Below, one piece after another: positions 28,260-41,120 of a stretch of DNA of 64,000 nt (position 1 is the stretch's first letter; each line of letters starts with the position of its first letter). The stretch covers positions 102,798,001-102,862,000 of the forward strand of contig CM052817.1 in assembly GCA_028534125.1 (NCBI GenBank). The letters are read 5' to 3'. The notes under the pieces were generated by a model, which saw nothing but the letters and a program-made list of their open reading frames with translations, was not told the DNA's origin and made no database searches. The DNA is from Lama glama (taxonomy: Eukaryota). Made by a program: the position numbers and the translations under genes.

Positions 28260-28682
28260 GATATTACTCAGCCATAAATAAAGAATGAAATTCTGCCATT
28301 TGCAGCAACATGGATGGACCTAGAGAATATTATGTTTAGTGAAACAAAATCAGACAAAGACAAATATGGTATAAAATCACTTATGTGTAGAATCTAAAAA
28401 ATAATACAAACAAATGTATACACAAACCAGAAGGAGATGCACAGATATAGAAAACAAACTTATGATTACCAAAAAAGAAAGAGAAAGGAGGAGGGGCAAA
28501 ATAGGACTATGGGATTAAGAAATAAAAACTCCTATGTAGAAAATAACTAAGCATTGAGAATTAAACCCATTATCTTGCAATAACTTTTAATGGAGTATAA
28601 TCTGTAAAAATACTGAACCCGTATTCTGTAGACCTGAAACTAACATAACATTGTAAATCAGTATGATTTAATAAAATAAAAA
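27030..28682 (+). mobile_element. L1 ORF2 3' half and 3'UTR with (AC)n at 28215-28257
   Basis: ORF 27762-28136 ([54 protein letters not shown]) is the L1 ORF2p C-terminal Cys-rich segment; A-rich tail. Confidence 0.95.
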
Positions 28683-29619
28683 AGTAAAGAGAAGATATTA
28701 AAGAAATAAAATAATGAAAATATAAGAATGAAAAATGGGTTAATATTGTTCATTGGCAACTTATTAATATTACAATTTATTTGCTCATCCTTGTACACAG
28801 TTAAGAAATATAATAGAAAAGTTAATGGATTTGTTTATTTCTTCCTTTTGCAACACTTTAGAAAATACTATTTTATTATGTACAAGAAAAGTGAATAAAC
28901 TTTGAATGCTAATGGTATGGGCACTGCAATTGGGTAAGAGAAACTTGTTTCAGATATTATCTTGTTCTTAAAGCTGATTTAACTTGATTAATCTTGTTCC
29001 AAAGCTTTCTATATTCTATAAGGCTTTATTTACAAAAATTATGTAGAGTTTTAAACTTTCTCTGAAGCTTTATCATCTTTTATATCTTTTCTTCAGTATC
29101 TTTTTAATGATTTTCATGTTATATTTTCAAGGGTTTGTTCAAAGAATCTAAATAGAAATTTATCAGCACCTACATATTACAATGTAGACTCATAATTCTT
29201 AAATTAAAAATAACTATATAAAGAATTACATATGTGTGAATTTATTACAAGTCAGTTGTAAATTTCTATGTGTAAAATCTATATATGCTACACCAGAGTT
29301 TCACTTAGTTTTCATTGTTTAAGTATTGCAACATCCCGGACAGCTCCATACCCACAGTAATCACAGCAACAGTCAGTTATCAGGAGACCAAACCTTCTTT
29401 AGCTGCATTTGCATTCCCACCAGAACTCAAAGTGTATTTGAGTCATTCCAGATGAATTTGCCAAAGGTAAAAAAATCATTTAACAACTAGTAAAAAACAA
29501 AGATTAACATCAAGACAATCTCGGTCTGGGGAGACCTTTAAGATTAGCACTCAAGACAAAAATCCAGAAATTAATAAATTTATTTTTTGTTTCTTAATAA
29601 TTTTAAATTCTATAACCAG

Positions 29620-31110
29620 TCAAACAATAAAATAAAGGAAATTTTATGACTTCCTTTTTAATCCTTGTGTGTATAATCTCATTGTCTTGCCTTAACAGGC
29701 TACTATTTCCACCAAAATGTTAAAAAAAAAAAAAAGGAAGGGGAGTGGTGGACATACTTGGTTTTTACCTATGTCAAATAAATAATTTCAGGATTTCCTC
29801 ATTAATAATGGTATTTGCACTAATTTTTGTTGATTCTCTTTATAAAATTAAGAAAATATTCTTCTATTCCTAGTTTGCTCAAGGTTTGTTGTTGTTAAAT
29901 CATAATAGATTATTTTCTTGATTCAGTTGAAATACATCTAATGGTGCATATATATATATACACATACATATATACATATACACACATATATAAATAATAT
30001 ATAATACATATATACACATTTCCTTGCATCTATATCTGTACTTGAAATACATATATCATGTATTTTATGTATTATTTATATATTTATAGGCAGATGCATA
30101 CATACATATAGATGTATATGTAGCTGCATTTGGTTTGGTAATTTGGGGAGGATTTTGCATACATATTCAACTGTGAGTCTGGGTTAAAATTTTCCTTTCT
30201 TATACCGTTCTTGCCAACAGGATGACTATCAAAATTTTGTTACCTATATAACTAGAAGAGTGTATCCTTTTTTAAATTTCCTGTACATTTTTACATAAGA
30301 CTATACTTATCTCTTATTTGGCTGTTAGGTTAGAATTCACTGATGAAGCCATCTGAGACTGGATATTCACTGTTGAAAAAAATTAATTAATAATTCAATC
30401 AAATAGTAATTTGATTTCTTTAGTGCTTACAGAAGACTTCAGGCTTTTTATTTCTTCTTGAAAAAGAATTTAGTAACATTTTGAAGTAATTTGCCATTTC
30501 GTTTACATTTTTTAAGTTAATGTTCAAAATATTCTTTATTCTCATTTTGGCATCTAAAGTATCTATGGTTATAATAATCTTTTTATTTTAAATATTAGAT
30601 AATTGTGCTTTCTCTGTTTTTTTTTCTTTCTTGATCTCTTTTCATCCATTTCTCTATTTTTATAAGTTGTTTCAAAGTACCAACTTTGTTCATATTTTAT
30701 GCTATGTCTCATGCTTTTAACTTCATCTTTCACTTTTTACTTCCTCCTTTATGTACTTTTCTATTTATTTTATTGCTCTTTTTCTAGATTTTTTACGAGG
30801 ATGTTTACTTCACTGGTTTTAGTATTTCTTATTTCCTAATGTGAGCAGTTAAGTTTATGAATTTCCTTCTAAATACTGCTTTAGGTGTATCTTACAGGCT
30901 TGATATTCTCAGTATTTCTGTTATAACTGAAAATAATTTCTTATTTTCATTATAAATTCTTGACTGAATTGGATATTTGATGTATATTTTAAAATTTTAA
31001 AATGTGTGAGATTTTTCTAGTTATCTTTCTGAAACTGATTTTTAATTTAATTTCATTGTCTGAAAACATAATTTATATTATTTCAACCCTTTGAATCTAT
31101 TTAACATTTC
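29620..31110 (-). mobile_element. Old degraded L1 ORF2 (minus strand)
   Basis: T-rich; TTCTATTCCTAGTTTGCT, TAGAATTCACTGATGAAGCCATCTG, AATTTCCTTCTAAATACTGCTTTAG motifs. Confidence 0.7.
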
Positions 31111-31296
31111 TTTTAAAATTACATCTTTCAAAAAATTCCTGGAGTTGAAGTAATTTCCATTATAAATGTGCTGAGCTATTTAGTCTCTTATTTGATGAAA
31201 CAAAGAAGAATCTTTGAAAAAGCAAATTATATTTGAAAAAAAGATGAACCTTTGCTTATATGAGACTAAAAGAGAACTGTTGAGGAGATAAACTAC

Positions 31297-31412
31297 CTTC
31301 TCCCCTGGTGTCACAGAAACTCTCCAGATGCAGTGTGTGTAAGAAGGGTAGCCATTGGGAAATCCTGGGGAGGAGAGGTTGCCATTGGATTCTTGTAGGG
31401 TTTCTCCACATG
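31297..31412 (-). CDS. TLL1: TLL1 coding exon (~exon 9), CUB1 N-terminal part
   Basis: 116 nt, ttcAG/GTagtt; (A)[38 protein letters not shown]; phase 1/0. Confidence 0.97.
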
Positions 31413-33757
31413 CTGAAAGAAAAAAAACAAAACAAAACATATTTTTGATTTTTTAAAAAAAGCAAAAACTATTATTCTTTAATTTTTATGAAAGATATTG
31501 GCATCATAAATAAAATCTTGAGTTTTACTAGACAGAAAAGGTGTTAGTCAGAATATATATTTGTATTTTTAAAAGATTTTCCCTTTCTAAATAATTTCTT
31601 TCTATGTCTTTCTTACCAGAATTTCAGTATACTTAATGGGATAACTAGAGCTAACTATAAAACAAGATTATGAATAAATAACCTGGCATTCATAAGGTTC
31701 TTCCTTTTGGAAATCTTTGTCATTCATTCCCAAGAAACCAGTAGCCTACTTATAAATCACCCATAATCAGATTCAGGCCAGTGGATGCCTAGTTGATGTG
31801 TCTCTGTGGCCACATGAAATATTCCATTAACATATTTGATGTAGAATGAGGCTAATTTTAATAATGAATACCATATCAAAGTTGAAAAAAAGAAAATCTT
31901 AAATAATAACTAATAGCCACTTTTATTGGTGTCAAAATGTCATACACAATGAAAATTTTTCTCAAGATAAGCTGGAAAAAAATTGAGAGATAAAAACATC
32001 AGGGGAGACTTCAAGTTTCTAACAAGATACAGACATTTATTTACTCTGTTTTTTGTTGATCACGAAGAGAAATTGCTGGGAAAGCAATTATATTTTTTCC
32101 TCTTACTAAGCCTGTCTGATTTCTTGAAATTAATTACCAGTCACGTGAAATAGCAAATAATCAGCTGCACAGCCTCAAGATCCGTGGGACTGATATCTCA
32201 AGGGCCATTTCAACAAAGTCAAAAAGCAGAGGGTAATTAGCTCATTGGTTCAGCCAAGGTTTGTAGTCAGAAGCATTCTACAGTGGATTTTCTTGCTGCT
32301 TTTGCAAGACGTGGTAAGAGCCACATAAACCTAGGCTGTTTTAGTACCCTTAATTCGAGAATAATTCCTCTGCTGCAGCCAGCCATCTTTATAACTTTCA
32401 TCAATAATTTGAATAAAAGAAACAGATCCTTCCCTCTGAAGGGGACTGAAATAAAAACTCACATATACCATATTATACAGTCATAGCTGCCAGCAGGTGA
32501 ACTCTTGTCTCATCAAATCAATAAGGTATTAATGGTTCCGCATATCTTGAGTTAAATGAAGAAACAAAGATACAAAGATGATGACTTTGAAAACACAAAG
32601 GAGAGCTGTAAAAATAGTCTGATAAGATAAAAATATTTACATAGAATAACAGATACTATGTTTTCACAACAAATAAACTTAAAGTAATGTTTATTCTGAG
32701 GAACAGGCAAACAAAAGCAACTTGAAAATGAAACAAAAATGCTCAAGGTGAAAAACATATTATCAGCACGTTCCATGAATCATCTAAAGGAACTTGATAA
32801 ATACGACCTTACAAGAGCCCTCAGAAAAAGGGAAGTTTGTCAAGGTTTGCTAATGCAAACAATGTGCTTCTAACTAGGATCAGTTTAGATGATAGTCATT
32901 TGGAAGTTGAGTGTGTTTCAATGAAAAAAGCTGTAATTCTCAGCACCTTAAAAATAAATTCTGTAGTGTCTGAAAACTCCACTAAGTCACAGAATTCTGG
33001 TACTGGATTTCCGAAAGTGGAATTAAAACAATTAAATATATTTAATCCACAAATGCAAACAACAATATCATTCTGATAAAAAGATAAAACAAAAGGCTCT
33101 CTAAAATGAAGGAAAAAGCCAGAAAATAATTCAAAAATTAAATAAATCTATTATAGAGCGCCTACTTACAATGCAAGAAGTGCAAACACCTATTGTCAAG
33201 TTGTGGTAATCATTTGTGCGTTTTCCTCAATAAGTGTGGCTGTCCCAGGCTACCTGATCCCTATTACAGAAGATTTTCATCAATTTTCAGGGCCACTTGT
33301 TGATTTATGCCCAGATATAAAAAAGAAAACTTTATTATTAAACTTTACTATTAAAAGAATCAAAGGAAGATTAGCAAGGAAAAGATGGTACTAAGGTAAA
33401 AGCACAGTCTGTCTGTTTACTCAGAAAGTTATGCGGGTGGGGAAATAGAAGTTTGAGTCATGGCATTACCCCCTTGTTAATTATGTCACACAAGCAAGTC
33501 TCAAAAGCTTCAACTTCAATTTTCTCTTCTGTAAAGTAGCTATTAATATGTATGTCATAAGGTTGCTTTGTAGGGATCAAGTACTGCGATGCCCTTAGTC
33601 ACCTTTTAACCCTTAAATCCCTCTTTTCACAGGTAGAAAGGCTGTGGTCTTAATTGTTGGAATGTGTCTTTGAGCTACAAAACTCAGTCATATTTAAGAA
33701 AAAGAAGGCATTCTGTATATAAAGGCAAATTATTATCATCACTCTCCTAAACTTCTA

Positions 33758-35747
33758 TTTCTCCAAGCAGATTACATAATCTTATATATACAAAATCATA
33801 AAAATTTCAAACACTAAAAAATAGTTTCAGAAGTAATAAAAAATTCAATATAGTTTTACAATACAAAGCCAACACACAAAAATCAGTTGCATATCTATAA
33901 ACAAAAAACAACATGAAAAGGAAATTAAGAAAACAACTTCACTTATAAGAAAAAAGAATAAAATATTTAGGAATAAACTTAACTAATGAGGCAGAAGACA
34001 TGTATACTGAAAACTACAAAACATGGCTGAAAGAATTTAAAGACAGACACAAAGCAATGTGTTCATGGATTGGAAAACAGTATTGTTAAAATGTCACCCA
34101 TACTACTTAAAGCAATCTACAGATTCAGTGCAATCCCTATCAAATTCCGAGTGGCATTTTTTGCAGAAGTGGGGAAAAAAAAGTCTTAGAACTCATACAG
34201 AACCACAAACCCTAAATAGCCAAAACAATCTTGAGAAAAGAACAATTCTGGAAGCCTCAGACTTCTTGACTTCATATTACAAATCTACAGTAATCAAGAG
34301 TATGGTACTGGCATAAGGTAGACCTATAGACCAATGGGACAGAATAAAGACCCCAAAATACACCCACACCTAAATGGTAAAATGGGATCTTCAACAAGGG
34401 TGCCAAGACGACACAGTGGGGAAAGGACAGTATCTTCAACAAGCGGTGTTGGGGAAACTAGATATATACTTACAAAAGAACAAAATTAAACTCATCTTTC
34501 ACTGTACACAAAAACCAACTCAAAGTGGATTAAAGGCTTAAAAGTAAAACCCCTGGAAGAAAAAACACAGGTGAAAAGCTTCATAACTAGCCTTGGCAAT
34601 GAGTTCTTGGATGTGACACCAAAAACACAGACAATAAATCAAAAACAGACAAGCGGGACTACGACCTCTAAAGCTTCTGTGCAGCAAAGGGAACCATCAA
34701 AAGAGGGAAAAGTAATCTTCAGAATAGAAGGAAACATTTGCAAATCATACATCTAATAAGAGGTTAGTATCCAAAATACATAAGGAACTCCTACAACTCA
34801 ATAGGAAACAAAAACAAAAAACAAAACAAAACAAACAAAACCCCAAAATAACCAAATTTTAAAATGGGCAGAGGACTTGAATAGATATTTCTTCAAAGAA
34901 GATATACAAATTGCCAGTAGATATGTGAAAAAATGCTCAGCATCACTAATTACCAGGGAAATGCAAATCAAAACCACAATGAGATATCACCTTATAACTG
35001 TTAGGAAGGCCATTATCAAACAAACAAACAACAAACCCCCAAAGCAGGAAATAACAAGTGTCGGTGAGGATATGGAGAAATTGGAACCATTTGGCAGTGG
35101 TTCCATGTAAAATGATGCAGTCACTGTGGAGAACAGTGTGGAGTTTCCTCAGAAATTATAAATATTGACTACCAAATAATCCAGCAACTCCACTTCTGAG
35201 TATTGTTCCAAAAGAACTGAAAACAGAATCTTAAAGAAATAATGTACACTCATATTCACTGAAGCATTATTCAGAGTAGCCAAGAGACAGAAACAGCCTA
35301 AGTGTCCATTATTGGATGAATGAATAAAGAAAATGTGGTACATACATACAATGGAATATTACTCAGCCTTAAAACAGAAAGAACTCTATCATGTGCTACA
35401 ACACGAATGAACCTGGAGGACACTACTCTAAGTGAAATTAGCCAGTCACACACAGAAGGTCAAATACAACATGACTGCACTTATGTAAGGTTTCTAAAGG
35501 AGTCAAACTTACAGAAGAAAGTAAAGTGGTGGTTGCTAGGGACTGGGAGGAGGGGAGTAGGGAGCCGCTGTCCAACAGGGACAGAGTTTCAGTTATGGTC
35601 ACACAAGATGAAAAAGTTCTTAAAGATCTTCTGTATAACAATGTATATATAGTTAACAGTACTGCACTGTGCAATTACAATTTTATTAATAGGAGAGCTC
35701 ATGTTACACGTTTCATCAAAATTATTATTTTTTAATAATAAAAAAGT
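33758..35747 (+). mobile_element. 5'-truncated L1 (ORF2 3' half and 3'UTR)
   Basis: ORF2p remnants ([21 protein letters not shown]); TSD TAAACTTCTA at 33748-33757 and 35748-35757. Confidence 0.93.
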
Positions 35748-36335
35748 TAAACTTCTAAATACTTCATCATATGACTCATCTCACTTTTGCAACAGATAAT
35801 TCTCATGTATCTTTCTTCTTACAAGACAGAAAATTACGTTTGAATTGTATAAATGCTATTGGATTGTGTATGGCTGAGCAATTATTACAAATTCCTGTGT
35901 TTTTTAATAAAATGGTTAGATTTACAACTGATTGTATTTCCACCTACAAATATTTTCCCCAGCAAATGTCTACAACATTCAGCAAATATCAAAGGTTTAG
36001 AATTCTTTACCCATATTCTATAAAAATATATTTATAATTTTGCTAACTCTAAAGAAAACATAAACCATAAAGCAACATAAATCTCTTCCCAAAGAATTTT
36101 GATAAACTCTAAAGGAGGGGTAAAATAAAACTCTATTTCATCAACTTAGGCACGACCTAATTAACTTTTTCTTATTTCCATGGATCTCTTAAACTTTTAT
36201 ACATAATAAATAAAATATAGGGTTAAAGTGATTTTAAGGTAAAGGATGTTAAAAGGAATCCTAAATCATCTGAGCCATAAAGGTGAGATTAATTACTGAA
36301 ACATTTAAAAATATATTTCGATAGTAACTGCCTAG

Positions 36336-36413
36336 CCAAATTTTGAAATGGGCAAGGGACTTGAATAGACATTTCTTCAAAGAACATACACAAATTGACA
36401 ATAGATATGTGAA
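36336..36413 (+). repeat. Isolated 78-bp L1 ORF2 snippet, 70/78 identical to 34852-34929
   Basis: Ungapped hand alignment, 8 mismatches. Confidence 0.85.
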
Positions 36414-39400
36414 TCATCCTTCCAGATGAAACACAATTACCAACTCCAAGGAGCCTTCCTCATCCAGGGTGCAGGTCAAGTTAGGTCCCCTCTCAGAACT
36501 GCTTCAGTATCCTTTACTGAAGAGATTCACTTTCTCAACATGTGACATTGTCTGTATAACCCTGCAGGTGACTGTTATTTGTGTGTATAATCTGTGCTTC
36601 CTTCTCTGTGGCCACAATTTCTGGTGCAATGCCTTTCACATATTAAAGCAACTATTTCATTCAGACAGCAACTACCTATCAAGCATCTAATTTATATCCA
36701 ATTCAGAAAACCATGAGGAAAAAGCCCAACTTCAGTCCTAAAGAACCTTATACTCTAACGTGGGAAATGATCAATGACTTGATGATTATAGGAGTCAGAC
36801 ATAAAGGCCAGAATCAAACACAGCATTTACCACCGTGGAGTCCTGGGGACCGGGGTTTTTAAGTCGGAGGTTACGTAAGAGCCAGATCCTGAATAGGAGT
36901 TAGGATTTACCCAGGAGTCAGTTATGAGTGCTCTGGCTGGAGGAAGAGGCAGAAAGCAAGCATACAGTGGGGACAGGGGCTGCATGAAGCAGGGGTGAGA
37001 AACTGGCTGTCGGGGAAATACCCAGAGAAGAGGCTGAAGGAAGAGATGGGGGAGAGGGGAGTGGGGAATCTTGAAGGAGCCGTTGAAATGGAAATTAACA
37101 TTTATCCTAAAATAAGCAGAGTAAGACTTCCATATTAAAAACTCACTTGAATAGTAATGTGGCCAGAGAAATAAAGAGACGTCAGACTGGAGAGAAAGGC
37201 TAATGAGGAGGCATTGGAGCAACCTACATCAAAGACCAGAGACCCCGGATGAGGGATTCATTTCCACAACGTGAGATACCGAGACCTAGAAGGTACCAGG
37301 CTGACTGGTTGCAGGAAGTGAGGCAGAGAGAGGATGGAGAACGCCCTCCACAGCCCTGCCTGGGCTCCTGGATGACCTGTGTGTGGTACCAGCAACTGAA
37401 CTACATGATGTTTTATGGAAGATGAATAAATAGGTCCATGAATAAATGGAGAAAATGGCTAAATTTTTTTTGTGCAAGTTGGCAATATATTTTAGCCAAG
37501 AATTGCATGCAAGTACATATAACAAGAATATTCTAGTTGGAGTCTCAGAGAATTATAGCAGGAACTGAGATTAATATTTTAGGGAACTGAAAAGAACCTT
37601 ATATGAATGAAAAAGTAAATTTAATGAAACAAGTGTTAAAAAGTTTCTAGTATCCAAACTCCATGCACACTGAAGCTGGCCTTCCATCCCTACATGCTCC
37701 AGACAGACGTGCATCTGTGTACATGGGTGTTCTGTACAGGTACTGTGTGTTTCATGACACTTTTGAATTTGTGAACATAGATCATATACATGTTCATCTA
37801 TGAACACATAAGCACTTTCATATAACAGGGAAAATTCTAATCCTCAGAAGTCCCTTTATTTTTGGATGCCAATTTACTTTACATTTTCCCTAGTTTTAAT
37901 ATGTTACTTGACTTTGAATTAAAGAAGATTTACTGAGTGAATATTTTGGTTGAAAGTTGGTATAAGTGTTAAGTAGTTATAAGCCAAAAAGTCATGGGAC
38001 CACAGAAAAACTATATGAATAGAAAATGCAAATAAAGACCAGAGACTTTATCAGAAGAGTTAAATTTAAGCAGTTTAGAAATAAAAAAGGAAAGCAATCC
38101 TAAAATTAGATCAAAGTAGAGGCAAATACATTCAGAAAATGAGGGGAAAAAAAGGCCCCCAAAAAGAGAGAGAACAAGAGAACACATGAATCATTCATGA
38201 AGAGGGAAAGACGCACCACCGCTCACATACCCTGGAGAGGATCTCTTTCAACAGCAGACTCTTGACTACTGGGATAAAGGAAAGATGAAGATCATTCTCT
38301 GCCCCACATGGACGCTTCATGTCATGACAGCATGTAGATGTAGGATGCAAGGAATCGTAATGTAGGGCAAGTGGCAGTCACAGGTGTCCATTCAGATGCC
38401 TTTAATGCTGGAAAGGCATGGAAGCCTTTGGAAGGACATGGGATTGGCCTTTGGACAGCAGTGTCTCAACACCTAGTCAGTCTCGGGGTTGAGCAGCCTT
38501 TCTTCCTTCCCCTTCCTGATCCTTTCTGGGTGTGTGTGGTCTGGCAATGGATGACTGGGTCTTATATCATTAGAGTGTCAGGGCTGTGAAGGATTCTATC
38601 TTTTCTTCACATCACAATGCATACAGAGACCTCCCTCATTTGCTTCTAAAAGTAAGAGCAAGAAATGGCAAGGCAAACAATTCTAAACTGAAAGAAACTT
38701 ATCCTCATTCCACGAGCTTAAAAACATACCTTTATTTCTGTTTGGGGCTTTTTCATGATGCATGTACACTGACTGCACAGTAAGTAACTGAGTTCTCACA
38801 TACAAATCCAATCTATATATTTGGCACATATAAGTAGATAAATATAATAATGGGTTACAAGTTCTTTATCACCTACAAAGTCCCACAAAATAATAATTTA
38901 TATTGTTTTAAGGGAATTGAAAATACACAAATTGTTATTGGTGTTCACCTTCCAGTTGATAAGCACACATTTCCTATTATCACCAAAAGAGAAGTGACAG
39001 TATTTGCAGTCTGCCTCCTATTTGTTACCTGCCTATCAGAAACTTGCCCTTTGGGACTCAGGGTCCCACCTGACAAGGCACATCCTTGTACATCTTAGTG
39101 TGAACCCAGTCAGTACTCCTTTCAAGATTACGTTCTAAGGAATAGCTTTATAAAAGACAGATTAGATCTTAACAGAGCTTTGAGCATAAACCAATAGGGA
39201 GTAAAATATTGGAGTGAAAAGTAGCCAACACCTCTGACTGGCTGTATTCACCAGCAATTTCTAACAAAAGGAAATAATCTTGACTCAAAAGGAATATTCA
39301 GTTGTACAACCCTCTCCTCTCTGCATTAAAACCAAGATACACCAGATCTTAGTTCATAAACTCTTACTCTTTTCCTAGGTAATGATTGGACCAACGATCA

Positions 39401-39749
39401 GTGAATTAGATGTCATCACCCATACTGAATTGTCAACTTCCTAGCTATTTTCTGAGTTTATTCGACCAACTCACTTTTTTTCTGCTTGCACTTGAGTGTT
39501 AATTTGCTCAACAAAAGGGTTTTATACTGTATGTCAATGAGCAAATATTACATTTTTGTTAATGAATTAGTTAGCCCTCTACTGTACGCTACAAAGATAG
39601 TTTCCTGGACTGATAGCAATAATCACAGTAAACTTAATATAACTTCCCAATAATTAAATGCATGGAACTAAATCTTAAATGTAAGAATCTATGTAAAACG
39701 TCAATGATTAATATACCCATCATATCTCTGAATTAGAATAGCAGCCAAT

Positions 39750-39865
39750 AACCTGGAGATCGTCATTCTAAGTGAAGCAAGCCAGAAAGAGAAAGAAAAA
39801 TGCTGTATGATATCGCTTATATGTGGAAACCAAAAAACCAAAAAGGGCACAAATGAACTACTTAT
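39750..39865 (+). mobile_element. Short L1 ORF2-end/3'UTR fragment
   Basis: ACCTGGAGATCGTCATTCTAAGTGAAGCAAGCCAGAAAGAGAAAGAAAAAT..TATATGTGGAA, similar to 17470-17545. Confidence 0.8.
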
Positions 39866-40904
39866 TATTTATAATTTAGATGATTGATTTCTTGAATATG
39901 TGCTAGCACATTTGACTGTCCTTTATGACTGGATTACCGCATTCTGTTGATTCTTATTTTGTGGTTGGCTTTAGTCCTTTGATAACTATGTAAGTTTAAA
40001 AAGCTACAGCTCTAAACTGTTCTTAGAAACAGTATATGTAACTTTTAAAATGGTTTTAATCTCCTCAATGAGTTGCTCTTCCTAGAATAAACTTTGTTTA
40101 CCCTCCACACACATGCACACAATAAAGAATGGCAGCCAATTAAAATTTTATAATTATTTTACCACTTGTGATCTTAGTACCTGGAACAACATTTCCAAAA
40201 GTGAATTCTACAGATTAAGTATCAGGTAAAAAGAGGTTTCCATGGACAGAAAAACAGAGGAAAAACTGTGTTAAGCAAAGTTAAGCATGTATCTTTGATA
40301 CAAGCTATTTCAAAGCATTTTGAGTACACAGCAGGTGCATAGAATATGCAGTATTTCTAATTTGGAAGCAGACACTTTTCTTTCTTGGACTTTACAGCAT
40401 TAGTGTTCCTTGGAACACTGTATTAAGACCTTCTTTTAATCTTTTTTCACAACTTTATCTAGTAGCAAACATACTAGCACTGTGGTTAGAACTAATTTTT
40501 TTGCAACAAAGTTATAAATTCCACCTAATAAAATTTAAATTTATATACTGTTAACGATGGTACTTGCAAGAAAAAAAATCATTCAGGACTCAATTCTGAA
40601 GTTGAAATAAAGGATATTTTTTCTACGTTGGCAAGGAAACATAATTAGACTATGAAATCATGCAACTATTTAATAGCAAGTATAAAACAACCACGCTTTT
40701 TGCCCTTTATTCATTAATGCAAAAAAAAAAGCTTACTATCCTTGTGCTTTAAATATGATTTCTACAATTTGTTTTTAATTATACCAATGGGTGTTCCAGA
40801 GTTCTCTCTTATTTCATTTTATGATTAGTCACTTTGAACTGAATATGTCAGTCCCTTGCCAGAGTGGAGAGAGACAAGTACACAGCTGAGTAAACTGTGG
40901 CTTA

Positions 40905-41120
<216 letters not shown>

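Noticed and set aside
38140..38590. Possible ancient LTR relic
   Set aside because: Texture is suggestive, but I could not assign termini or family without a search
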